Assembly: GCA_040881175.1 (NCBI GenBank)
Contig: JBBEDS010000006.1
Span: 1-34,261 of the forward strand
From: Minisyncoccota bacterium
Lineage (GTDB): Bacteria; Patescibacteriota; Minisyncoccia; 2-02-FULL-40-12; IGHO2-01-FULL-4-A
Length of the DNA stretch: 34,261 nucleotides
Reading direction: 5' to 3'
The notes under the pieces were generated by a model that saw only the letters and a program-made list of their open reading frames with translations, ran no database searches and was not told the origin of the DNA. Of the stretch, positions 1 through 7,137 are shown piece by piece; positions within the stretch are counted from its first letter, which is position 1; the number at the start of each line of letters is the position of its first letter. Made by a program: the position numbers and the translations under genes.

Positions 1-834
1 GGAATGGAGAAGATGGACTATTTGGTCCGAGACCAGGAAGAGACGGAATTCGGCCCTAATGTCAGGCAGTGTGTCGAAAGCGTGGTTAACCACCTTGATT
101 ACAGGAATGGAGATTTAATGGTTGACTTGAAGGCGCTCGATGCGGCCATGGAGATACAGAGAGCCTACATATATTTCTATAGAAACGTCCATCTGCAAAA
201 AAGTGCGTATATCATTCAGCGCTTCATGCAGAAATTCATGTATCAGCTGCTGCACACGCCAAAGAAGAAGGGAGGCATAACCGAAGCGGAACTTTGGGAG
301 ATGGTGGATGGAGACCTGATATATACCCTCAAGAAGTGCGATAACAAGATGATCCAAAATGGCATGAATATTTTCGATAAGGGGGTCAAGCATTTTCCCA
401 AAGCGGCGCTTTCAATACGTTTAGCCGGGTATGGCTGGTTAGAAAGAAGGGCCGGTAAAAAGATCAAAGTGAAAGAACTTGAGAAAGAATTCTTCGACAA
501 GTTCTATAAGAATTCCAAAGCTGTCGATCTTGAGGAGATTGAGAGGAAAATAGCCAAGATATTGGGTGTGGAAAGCTGGAAAGTTGCGGTGAGCCATATA
601 GTCGAGAAGAATAGATTCATTCCACAGGACTTTTCAATTTTTGACGGGCCTAAAATATATTCTCTGAAAGAAAGAGATCCAAGCTATTTTGAACTTCTCG
701 AGAGAGAATTGGATAAGTATTTGTGCGTAAGGGTGTGCGTCATACCTGAGCATAGGGATGAGCTTTATGAAAAATGGGGAGAGGCGTTAGAAGTCATTTG
801 TGACCATATTGGTTACAAAACAAAAATTGTTTGA
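1..834 (+). CDS. HD-domain phosphohydrolase, dNTP triphosphohydrolase (dGTPase/SAMHD1)-like, C-terminal part; 5' end cut by the window edge
   Basis: The reading frame is open to position 1. MDYLVRD near the start matches the conserved DYLxRD helix that follows the HD motif in dGTPase/SAMHD1-like HD proteins. Stop TGA at 832-834. Confidence 0.5.
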   Translation, partial: GMEKMDYLVRDQEETEFGPNVRQCVESVVNHLDYRNGDLMVDLKALDAAMEIQRAYIYFYRNVHLQKSAYIIQRFMQKFMYQLLHTPKKKGGITEAELWEMVDGDLIYTLKKCDNKMIQNGMNIFDKGVKHFPKAALSIRLAGYGWLERRAGKKIKVKELEKEFFDKFYKNSKAVDLEEIERKIAKILGVESWKVAVSHIVEKNRFIPQDFSIFDGPKIYSLKERDPSYFELLERELDKYLCVRVCVIPEHRDELYEKWGEALEVICDHIGYKTKIV

Positions 835-858
835 TTTTCCTCACTTTTGTGTTAAAAT
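831..858 (+). promoter_or_regulatory. Putative sigma70-type promoter for tRNA-Lys
   Basis: -35 TTGATT (831-836), 16-nt spacer, extended -10 TGtTAAAAT (850-858). The predicted TSS is about 10 nt before the mature tRNA 5' end. Confidence 0.45.
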
Positions 859-874
859 ATTGCGATATTAAGGC

Positions 875-947
875 CCGCCCATAGCTCAATTGGTAGAGCA
901 GCTCCCTTTTAAGGAGAAGGTTCTAGGTTCGATTCCTAGTGGGCGGA
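875..947 (+). tRNA. tRNA-Lys (anticodon UUU)
   Basis: Hand-folded 73-nt cloverleaf. Acceptor CCGCCCA/TGGGCGG, D arm GCTC..GAGC, anticodon stem GCTCC/GGAGA with loop CTTTTAA (U33, anticodon TTT, A37). Variable loop AGGTT, T arm CTAGG-TTCGATT-CCTAG, discriminator A. CCA is not encoded. Confidence 0.9.
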
Positions 948-955
948 CAATAAAT

Positions 956-981
956 AAAAGCCACCGACCAAGTTGGCTTTT
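956..981 (+). terminator. Hairpin after the tRNA (possible terminator)
   Basis: AAAAGCCA (956-963) pairs with TGGCTTTT (974-981) around a 10-nt loop. The U-tract is part of the stem, so this is only moderately convincing. Confidence 0.4.
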
Positions 982-991
982 ATAACCTTCT

Positions 992-1019
992 TTGACTGAT
1001 AAGTATATTCTGTTAATAT
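992..1019 (+). promoter_or_regulatory. Putative promoter of the 55-aa membrane peptide gene
   Basis: -35 TTGACT (992-997), 16-nt spacer, extended -10 TGtTAATAT (1011-1019). Confidence 0.55.
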
Positions 1020-1062
1020 TTCTCTCGGGATCAGATCGTTCACAAATCAGGAGGAGCCTAAT

Positions 1063-1230
1063 ATGTTCATGATCCTTGGTACCCTTTTCCTCGGTTTTCT
1101 AATCTGTCTCATTCTAGGGTTCATTAAAAAGAGAAGAAACAGACTGTTGTTTCTTGCGTCCATTATCTTTATCTCTATCTTTGCATTAATACTCGCAATC
1201 TTTATTCCAGCCTGGAATGCAATGCCGTAA
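1063..1230 (+). CDS. Small (55 aa) two-TM membrane protein, hypothetical; below the ORF-track size cutoff
   Basis: ATG 1063 is preceded by SD AGGAGGAG (1048-1055). Translation: MFMILGTLFLGFLICLILGFIKKRRNRLLFLASIIFISIFALILAIFIPAWNAMP. This gives two hydrophobic helices split by KKRRNR. Stop TAA 1228-1230 is followed directly by a rho-independent terminator. Confidence 0.6.
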   Translation: MFMILGTLFLGFLICLILGFIKKRRNRLLFLASIIFISIFALILAIFIPAWNAMP

Positions 1231-1236
1231 CGCCGG

Positions 1237-1259
1237 CCGACTCAATGAGTCGGTTTTTT
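1237..1259 (+). terminator. Rho-independent terminator
   Basis: CCGACTC-AAT-GAGTCGG (1237-1253) followed by TTTTTT (1254-1259). Confidence 0.75.
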
Positions 1260-1274
1260 CATTGGTACAGCCGT

Positions 1275-1302
1275 TTGCCCCAAATCTTTTAGTTGATATA
1301 AT
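1275..1302 (+). promoter_or_regulatory. Putative murA promoter
   Basis: -35 TTGCCC (1275-1280), 16-nt spacer, extended -10 TGaTATAAT (1294-1302, consensus hexamer). Confidence 0.55.
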
Positions 1303-1339
1303 CCGGATAGCATATTTACAACCCCAAGAGGTGACTGTG

Positions 1340-2638
1340 ATGTCTGAGCGTTGTTACAAAATCAAGGGCGGTTCTAAACTAAATGGCACGATTAGCGTTT
1401 CCGGGGCAAAGAATGCGATCAGCAAGCAACTAGTAGCCTCGCTGTTAACCGGAGATTCATGCACTTTTACCAACGTGCCCGATATCGTAGAGATTAAAAC
1501 CGTCCTCGGAATGTTGGCGGAAATCGGTGCGGAATATAGTTGGAGCGACCGCAGGTTGATTATTAAGACTTCTAAAATAGCCAATGCGGGGATCAGCCAG
1601 AAGTTCGCCAAATACAATCGAATTCCAATCTTGTTCATTGGCCCGCTATTGCATCGTGCCGGCGAAGCCGAGGTTCCAATAATGGGCGGGTGCCGCATAG
1701 GCTCTCGGCCAATCGATTTTCATATCGAAGTTCTAAAAACCTTAGGTGCAGAAGTAGAGGTTACCGAAAATAGCTATAAGGTTCGGGCAGATCGATTGAA
1801 GGGTGCTAGCATCTCCTTGAATTATCCGAGTGTCGGAGCTACAGAAAATGCGATCATCTCATCCGTGCTCGCTGAAGGCACTACGGTGATCAGTAACGCA
1901 GCCATAGAGCCTGAGATCATAGACACAATCCTTTTTCTGCAGAAAATGGGTGCCCACATAATGGTGGATGTCGATCGCAGGATAGTGATTGAGGGCGTTA
2001 AATCTCTTAGAGGAGCGACACACAGAACTTTACCTGACAGGATCGAAGTTGCCTCGTTCGCAGTAGCTGCTGTAGCTACAGACGGAGAAATCGAGATCGA
2101 AAATGCCAGGCAAGAAGATCTTGTCACATTCCTTAACGTCTTACGCCAAGTCGGCGGCGGATTTAAGGTAAAGGATAGTGGTATCACATTTTTTCGGGAG
2201 AGAGCCCTCAGCTCTGTTCATGTTGAAACTGATGTTCACCCCGGGTTTATGACCGATTGGCAACAGCCATTTGTGGTCATGCTGACTCAGGCTAGTGGTA
2301 CTTCAGTGGTTCACGAGACAGTTTACGAAAAAAGATTTGGATACACCGAAACCTTGAACGAGATGGGTGCGGATATCGAATTGCTAAACACCTGTCTTGG
2401 CAGTAAAACGTGCAGATTCAGAGACCGTGATTACAAGCACAGTGCAATTGTGCGCGGTCCGACAAGGTTAAAGGCCTCAAGAATAGAGATACCAGATTTG
2501 CGTGCTGGCTTTGCCCATGTTATCGCGGCCCTAATGGCTGAGGGTACGAGCGAGATTCACGGGATTGAATACCTTGAGCGCGGTTATGCCAATGTGCCGG
2601 AGAAACTCAAAGCTATTGGAGTATCTATCGAAACCTAA
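1340..2638 (+). CDS. murA: UDP-N-acetylglucosamine 1-carboxyvinyltransferase
   Basis: The N-terminus MSERCYKIKGGSKLNGTISVSGAKNA is the typical MurA start. The catalytic-loop Cys is present (IMGGCRIGSRPIDFH). SD AGAGGTG lies upstream of ATG 1340. The ORF-track start at 1217 lies across the upstream terminator and promoter, so it was rejected. Confidence 0.9.
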   Translation: MSERCYKIKGGSKLNGTISVSGAKNAISKQLVASLLTGDSCTFTNVPDIVEIKTVLGMLAEIGAEYSWSDRRLIIKTSKIANAGISQKFAKYNRIPILFIGPLLHRAGEAEVPIMGGCRIGSRPIDFHIEVLKTLGAEVEVTENSYKVRADRLKGASISLNYPSVGATENAIISSVLAEGTTVISNAAIEPEIIDTILFLQKMGAHIMVDVDRRIVIEGVKSLRGATHRTLPDRIEVASFAVAAVATDGEIEIENARQEDLVTFLNVLRQVGGGFKVKDSGITFFRERALSSVHVETDVHPGFMTDWQQPFVVMLTQASGTSVVHETVYEKRFGYTETLNEMGADIELLNTCLGSKTCRFRDRDYKHSAIVRGPTRLKASRIEIPDLRAGFAHVIAALMAEGTSEIHGIEYLERGYANVPEKLKAIGVSIET

Positions 2639-2639
2639 A

Positions 2640-2660
2640 CCGAGTGGAACTCGGTTTTTT
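2640..2660 (+). terminator. Rho-independent terminator after murA
   Basis: CCGAGT-GGA-ACTCGG (2640-2654) followed by TTTTTT. Confidence 0.75.
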
Positions 2661-2691
2661 AATTAAAAAAGGAACCCCGAATGAGACAAGC

Positions 2692-3789
2692 TCATCGGGG
2701 CTCTTGGTTGAGAATGAAGTCTTTGACCACATGGCCGGCTTCGGTCATGACGCGGGCGTCATATAGGCCGTAGAACGACTCTGGGTCGGGACTGGGACCG
2801 GGGTTGGAGCTGTCGACGCAGGGAACATTCATTCCTGCCTCGCTGGACCAACAGTACCTGTGGCTGAGTTCGTAAAAAAACGCGAACTTTACCTGGGGCA
2901 TACCGCTGACAATTTCCAGAAAGCTCTGGTAATGTTGCCCTCGGGTTATCTGGTCGACTCCGCCGCTAGCCAGGACATACTCGCCGTACTCGGTTATGGC
3001 GAATTGCGGGAGATGCACGGCCCTGCTTCCTGTCCGACTTCTGGGCGAGAAGCGAAGGCGAGGCCGATAGTGATTCCTGACGATCTCATTCAATCTTTCG
3101 ATCTCATCCGCCAGGTAATGCTTCGGGTCTACACCTTGCCTATATGGGTGATAGGCCAGATAGTCGAATGTACCGACTCCTCCCAACTGAAGGAAGGTAT
3201 CCAGCCATTCGAACGGGTTCATTGTTGCTCCAGTGTAACCCGACAGGCCTCCAAGGAAAAGTTCGGCCTGGCTATTTGTCCTTCTGGGATCGGTCGCGTT
3301 GACCGTGTCAACTGCATAGCGGGCTAGGCGATAGAGGTGAACGTATCCTTTGATGTCCAGATCGTCCTTATCTCTTGCCCAGCTGCTCCAGAGACCATTT
3401 TGCTCGCTCGCCAGTTGCCAGTACTTAACCCCGGGAAAACGGTAGAGGTAGAACTTTAACATGCTGACGTAGTTATCCGGGCGCATATTGCGCCGGAAGA
3501 TCTCCGGGTCCATGTCGTCGTGTGGGTAGTCGTGAAAGAGGAACAAAACTTCTATGCCGTTGGTCTTTGCGGCTTTGACGAGTCGGTCTAGTCTTTCCAG
3601 CTCGCCTTGACCCCAGCGGTCGTAATTGCTCATCCAGACGTCGGTCCGAATGAGTTTTGTTCCTAGCCGATCCATGAGCCAGATTACCTCGTCGTCGAAA
3701 TGCTGTTCGCAGATTCCGACTTCAAGGCCTTTGGCAGGCGCGGCTGCGAACAAACAGAGGACTACGAAAAGGGCAATCAGTGATCTCAT
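2692..3789 (-). CDS. Secreted glycoside hydrolase, clan GH-A (TIM-barrel, GH5/GH39-like) candidate
   Basis: N-terminal signal peptide MRSLIALFVVLCLFAAAPAKG. Candidate acid/base region WQLASEQNG and nucleophile motif FAITEYG, with spacing typical of clan GH-A. SD AAAGGAG lies 7 nt before the ATG. Confidence 0.5.
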   Translation of the reverse strand: MRSLIALFVVLCLFAAAPAKGLEVGICEQHFDDEVIWLMDRLGTKLIRTDVWMSNYDRWGQGELERLDRLVKAAKTNGIEVLFLFHDYPHDDMDPEIFRRNMRPDNYVSMLKFYLYRFPGVKYWQLASEQNGLWSSWARDKDDLDIKGYVHLYRLARYAVDTVNATDPRRTNSQAELFLGGLSGYTGATMNPFEWLDTFLQLGGVGTFDYLAYHPYRQGVDPKHYLADEIERLNEIVRNHYRPRLRFSPRSRTGSRAVHLPQFAITEYGEYVLASGGVDQITRGQHYQSFLEIVSGMPQVKFAFFYELSHRYCWSSEAGMNVPCVDSSNPGPSPDPESFYGLYDARVMTEAGHVVKDFILNQEPR

Positions 3790-3850
3790 CTTTCGGGCTC
3801 CTTTGTAGCTGATTTGTTAAGAGTACTTAAAACTTACACGAACAGTGTAA

Positions 3851-3879
3851 ATTATATCATAATTTTAGTGAAAAGTCAA
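3851..3879 (-). promoter_or_regulatory. Putative strong promoter for the glycoside hydrolase gene
   Basis: Read on the minus strand: -35 TTGACT (3879-3874), 17-nt spacer, extended -10 TGaTATAAT (3859-3851). Confidence 0.55.
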
Positions 3880-3896
3880 AGTTTGGAGATTCTATT

Positions 3897-3924
3897 TTGA
3901 CAAATAGCGTATCTATGATACCTT
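3897..3924 (+). promoter_or_regulatory. Putative promoter for the HExxH protein gene (divergent from the GH promoter)
   Basis: -35 TTGACA (3897-3902), 16-nt spacer, TGa + TACCTT (3916-3924). Confidence 0.45.
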
Positions 3925-3961
3925 CTAGTCAATTCTTTGATAACTGGAGGGAGATAAGCAT

Positions 3962-4585
3962 ATGAAGAAAGAACAGCCGGGGCGTTCTCTTTTAGCAAAA
4001 ATTCCCAGATTTATCATTATCTATTTATTTGCATTCAGTTCTTCTATGGTTTTTGCCGAGTCAGCAAAAACTCAATGCCACCCGCGGATTTCCATTGAAG
4101 TAAAAGAAGATATATTCGGTCTTGCGCCCGTAGAAGCTAAGGAGATGTTTGAGGGTCTCTTTTGTGAAATCAGGGAAGAGGTGCTATCACAGGGGCCGGA
4201 TGACTTGAATAAAAAAGAACGTAGACTGGTTCGGAATGTCTTACGATCTTTAGATGGTCGCAGGGGAATTAAGATCGTGATAGATGACGATGAGCGGATT
4301 GCCTATGTGCGCTCTGTCTGGTGGCCTTTACCACTTGGTCCCAAGATCATATATCTGAACCCGTTCATGTTCAGTAATGGCGGCCCCATCAAGCTTTATG
4401 AGGAGAAGAGCGAGAAAGAAAGACCGGATCTAGGTTTTAATCCACAAGAACAGGAGAATTTTAAGCACATCCTTCTACACGAATTAGTTCATGTGTCGGA
4501 GAGATTTCTCATAGGGCAAGACAGTGCTGTCAGGATCGCAAATTATTATTTCCCTCCAAAGATGGCTGGAATAGTTGTACATTAG
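3962..4585 (+). CDS. Secreted or membrane-anchored putative zinc metallopeptidase-like protein (HExxH), hypothetical
   Basis: SD GGAGGGAG. N-terminal hydrophobic signal/anchor IPRFIIIYLFAFSSSMVFA. HELVH motif at 4478-4492 in the context HILLHELVHVSE, which is zincin-like and reminiscent of DUF4157-type HExxH domains. Confidence 0.45.
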   Translation: MKKEQPGRSLLAKIPRFIIIYLFAFSSSMVFAESAKTQCHPRISIEVKEDIFGLAPVEAKEMFEGLFCEIREEVLSQGPDDLNKKERRLVRNVLRSLDGRRGIKIVIDDDERIAYVRSVWWPLPLGPKIIYLNPFMFSNGGPIKLYEEKSEKERPDLGFNPQEQENFKHILLHELVHVSERFLIGQDSAVRIANYYFPPKMAGIVVH

Positions 4586-4596
4586 TATAAAAAAGA

Positions 4597-4613
4597 GGCA
4601 CCGCGTAGGTGCC
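4597..4613. terminator. Bidirectional terminator hairpin shared by convergent genes
   Basis: GGCACC-GCGTA-GGTGCC, flanked by an A-run upstream (AAAAAGA) and GTTTTATTT downstream. It sits between the stops of 3962..4585(+) and 4617..4892(-). Confidence 0.7.
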
Positions 4614-4616
4614 GTT

Positions 4617-4892
4617 TTATTTCGCATGTTTGTAGATATAGCTTTGGACCATGACTGTTATGGAGAGGATGCCGCCCGCATATTGGCCTGCGGCAACAAT
4701 ATGCTCTCCAACCAAGAGCATGTATGTCCCGAAGAGGGCATAGGCAGCGATGAAAAGCCACCATGTCGTTCTCGGCCCGCTTTTGTAGATATTTTCTTGC
4801 CAGTTGCCATAAACCTGTGGCGGTAGAGCCAGGATAAACAGCCAGGAGGAAAGACCCCCGAATTTCAGTAGAAGATCTCCTAGGGTTTCCAT
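4617..4892 (-). CDS. Small 3-TM membrane protein, PQ-loop superfamily-like (SemiSWEET / LpxB-N-terminal-domain-like), hypothetical
   Basis: 91 aa with three hydrophobic segments. A PQ dipeptide follows TM1 (LALPPQVYGNWQ). SD AGAGGTG lies 5-6 nt before the ATG. Chosen over two overlapping alternative-frame ORFs. Confidence 0.45.
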   Translation of the reverse strand: METLGDLLLKFGGLSSWLFILALPPQVYGNWQENIYKSGPRTTWWLFIAAYALFGTYMLLVGEHIVAAGQYAGGILSITVMVQSYIYKHAK

Positions 4893-4948
4893 AAGTCACC
4901 TCTTTTAAAGAACTGATTTTGGTTCAAGTATTACAACCTTGTAAAAAC

Positions 4949-4977
4949 TTGTCAATCTGATTTTAGGGGCGTACTTT
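4949..4977 (+). promoter_or_regulatory. Possible promoter for the nucleoside phosphorylase gene
   Basis: -35 TTGTCA (4949-4954), 17-nt spacer, -10 TACTTT (4972-4977). The -35 overlaps a minus-strand TTGACA that could serve the divergent 3-TM gene. Confidence 0.3.
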
Positions 4978-5011
4978 AGGGATAGTAGATTTAATAATAA
5001 GGGTGTGCGAA

Positions 5012-5836
5012 ATGACAAACCAGGTCTGCGAGAATGATGCCAGATTAGCCTCGGAGTATATCACAAAGCATTTTGGCCCTGCAGCGACAGCCGATCTGGG
5101 AATTGTTTTGGGTACTGGCTGGGGAGACTCCCTGGCGCTGTCTTCGGAGACGGGGCTGGCGCTTCGACAGATTCCCGGATTTAAATTCCTCGGAGAACTC
5201 CATGGCCATGACCGTAAGCTTATTCACACTAAAATTATGGATCGAAATGTCTGGGTTCTAAAGGGCCGGATTCACCTTAATGAGTCTCCCTTTGGCGAAC
5301 ATGTGCCGAGAATGGTTAGGCTTCAGATAGAAACGCTCATCAAGCTCGGTGTCCGTAATTTGATCATTACGAATGCCGTCGGTAGTCTGGTGGAGCACAT
5401 ATCTGTCGGCGATGTTGTTATTGTGAACGGATTCGTAACCGTTTTTGCGCCTCCCATGCCTCTTTGGGTCGGTGAGTTTTGCTCGCCGGAGGACGCCCTG
5501 GACGGTCAATTTCAAAATATCGCGGAAAGAGCCGGACGAGATACTATCCAGACGCATCGCGGCGGACTGGTGATGCTAAGAGGGCCTTTTTTTGAAGGAC
5601 GTGCCTTAGATAAGAAGCTTCTCTTAAAATCTGGTGCAGTGGTAGTCGGTATGAGTATGTTGCCGGAAGCATGCATAGCCTCCCTCTATGGTGTCAGAGT
5701 TTTGGGCCTCTCGTTTGTTACGAACGATGCCGTTGAGGAACATTCACACGAAGATAATATCAGTCGAGCTAAAGCGCATTCCATGCGTCTCGGAGAATTC
5801 TTAGAGAAAATAGTTGCGGCCATACCAGGAAGGTAG
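5012..5836 (+). CDS. Purine nucleoside phosphorylase (trimeric PNP/MTAP family)
   Basis: Motifs GIVLGTGWGD, KGRIHLNE, ITNAVGSL, VGMSMLPEACIA and SFVTNDA follow the PNP-I/MTAP pattern. ATG 5012 with AAGGGTG upstream is preferred over the GTG at 5003. Confidence 0.8.
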   Translation: MTNQVCENDARLASEYITKHFGPAATADLGIVLGTGWGDSLALSSETGLALRQIPGFKFLGELHGHDRKLIHTKIMDRNVWVLKGRIHLNESPFGEHVPRMVRLQIETLIKLGVRNLIITNAVGSLVEHISVGDVVIVNGFVTVFAPPMPLWVGEFCSPEDALDGQFQNIAERAGRDTIQTHRGGLVMLRGPFFEGRALDKKLLLKSGAVVVGMSMLPEACIASLYGVRVLGLSFVTNDAVEEHSHEDNISRAKAHSMRLGEFLEKIVAAIPGR

Positions 5837-5868
5837 GCCGTTTTTTTATTTTATCTTAATACGGCTCG

Positions 5869-5877
5869 TGTTAATAT
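5869..5877 (+). promoter_or_regulatory. Extended -10 box immediately upstream of the antiporter start (leaderless-type arrangement)
   Basis: TGtTAATAT (5869-5877), with only 8 nt between the hexamer and ATG 5886. No SD and no good -35. Confidence 0.35.
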
Positions 5878-5885
5878 AATTACTA

Positions 5886-7058
5886 ATGACAGAGCTTCTC
5901 CCATTTTTTATAGTACTTTTCGCTGGGTTATTCTTTTCGGAAGTTTTTAGCCGTCTTCATCTGCCTTGGGTGGTGGCTTTAATATTGGCTGGAGTCTTTA
6001 TCGGTCCTTTTGGCCTAGATCTTTTTACCCCGAATGCAACACTAGAATTCTTGGGCGAGATTGGACTGGTCTTCTTGATGTTCATGGCTGGCCTAGAGAT
6101 CAAACTTTCAATTTTCAAGGAGTCCAGAGGCGGAGTATTTACTCTATCTTTTCTTAACTCCGTCGTGCCCTTTTTGGTGGGGTTCGGGATAGGCTGGTTC
6201 ATGGGATACGGTATGGCGACATCGCTTCTTTTAGGTATAGTTTTCATCTCTTCCTCAATAGCGGTAGTCATCCCTTCGCTTGAGGTAAATAATGTTTTGC
6301 GTTCAAAGCTGGGCAGATCTATTGTCGGTGCGACAATAATTGAAGACGTATTGAGCTTAGTCTTGCTTTCGGTACTGTTGCAGACGGTAAGCCCCGCAGC
6401 TAGATTGCCTCTACCTCTTTTCTACTCACTTCTTTTCCTGACGGTCTTTATCTTGCGCTGGGTAATTATAAAAGTCAGAGCTCACTTCGCAGGTCATGAC
6501 CATGTAGACATATTCCAGCAAGAATTTCGTTCAATTTTTGTGATTTTAATAGGAACAGTTGTGTCATTCCAGCTTCTGGGTTTGCATCCGATTGTTGCCG
6601 GGTTCTTTGCCGGTTTAGTCTTGTCCGAATCAATCACTAGCGTTGTTCTAAAAGAAAAACTCAGAGCTATCAGCTACGGTATTTTTATACCCATATTCTT
6701 TGTAATCATAGGTTCAAAAACAAATTTGGGTATCTTTAGCCAAACAAGCGGCGTTTTGCTGGTGACATTAATGATCGTTGTCGGTTCGATGGGGGCCAAG
6801 TTCCTAAGTGGTTTTACGGCAGGGAAGATAGGTAAGTTGCCAAATTCGCAGAGTGCTCTTATGGGCTTAGCTACGATGCCCCAGCTTTCGACGACCCTTG
6901 CTGTGGTTTTCGCCGGTTCGGCCCTTGGTATTTTTGACCAGACATTAATTACGGCTATGGTCATTTTAAGTATTGTGACCACATTCTTCAGCCCGCTGTT
7001 GATAAAGGTTGCCGTTAGGTATATACGACCCGAAACTCTATACGTAACTAGCAAATAG
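5886..7058 (+). CDS. Cation:proton antiporter (CPA2 / Na+-H+ exchanger family), membrane domain only
   Basis: About 12 TM segments. The N-terminus FFSEVFSRLHLPWVVALILAGVFIGPFGL is typical of Na_H_exchanger (KefB/NapA-like) proteins. No C-terminal RCK/TrkA domain. Confidence 0.8.
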   Translation: MTELLPFFIVLFAGLFFSEVFSRLHLPWVVALILAGVFIGPFGLDLFTPNATLEFLGEIGLVFLMFMAGLEIKLSIFKESRGGVFTLSFLNSVVPFLVGFGIGWFMGYGMATSLLLGIVFISSSIAVVIPSLEVNNVLRSKLGRSIVGATIIEDVLSLVLLSVLLQTVSPAARLPLPLFYSLLFLTVFILRWVIIKVRAHFAGHDHVDIFQQEFRSIFVILIGTVVSFQLLGLHPIVAGFFAGLVLSESITSVVLKEKLRAISYGIFIPIFFVIIGSKTNLGIFSQTSGVLLVTLMIVVGSMGAKFLSGFTAGKIGKLPNSQSALMGLATMPQLSTTLAVVFAGSALGIFDQTLITAMVILSIVTTFFSPLLIKVAVRYIRPETLYVTSK

Positions 7059-7065
7059 TTGTCAA

Positions 7066-7094
7066 TTGTGCGGTACAGCCAGTTTTTTTATACT
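7066..7094 (+). promoter_or_regulatory. Possible promoter for the 2OG oxygenase gene
   Basis: -35 TTGTGC (7066-7071), 17-nt spacer, -10 TATACT (7089-7094). The leader carries SD GAAGGAGGAG. Confidence 0.35.
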
Positions 7095-7137
7095 CTAATC
7101 AAATACAGCTCTTTGTCATTCATACGAAGGAGGAGCC

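Noticed and set aside
1217-1339. N-terminal 41-codon extension of murA proposed by the ORF track (start at 1217)
   Set aside because: The extension runs through the stop codon and terminator of the upstream 55-aa gene (1237-1259) and through a consensus extended -10 promoter (1275-1302). The canonical MurA N-terminus (MSERCYKIKGG...) begins at ATG 1340 with an SD.
2860-3327. 155-aa plus-strand ORF inside the glycoside hydrolase gene, and similar long antisense ORFs within murA, uvrB, lon, aspS, polX and others
   Set aside because: They lie entirely within longer ORFs that have recognisable conserved motifs on the other strand. They have no start signals, and their compositions look like typical antisense-frame artefacts.
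2692-3789. Elevated GC of the glycosidase gene as evidence for horizontal transfer
   Set aside because: My spot counts gave roughly 50-57% in sampled 60-nt lines. Other core genes, such as parts of murA and the presenilin-like gene, reach similar or higher local values. Without a proper windowed computation this signal is not reliable.
4575-4899. Alternative ORFs 4575..4826(+) and 4582..4899(-) overlapping the 3-TM gene
   Set aside because: Both run through the bidirectional terminator hairpin at 4597-4613 and lack an SD. The 4617..4892(-) frame has a clear SD, three hydrophobic helices, and ends just before the terminator.
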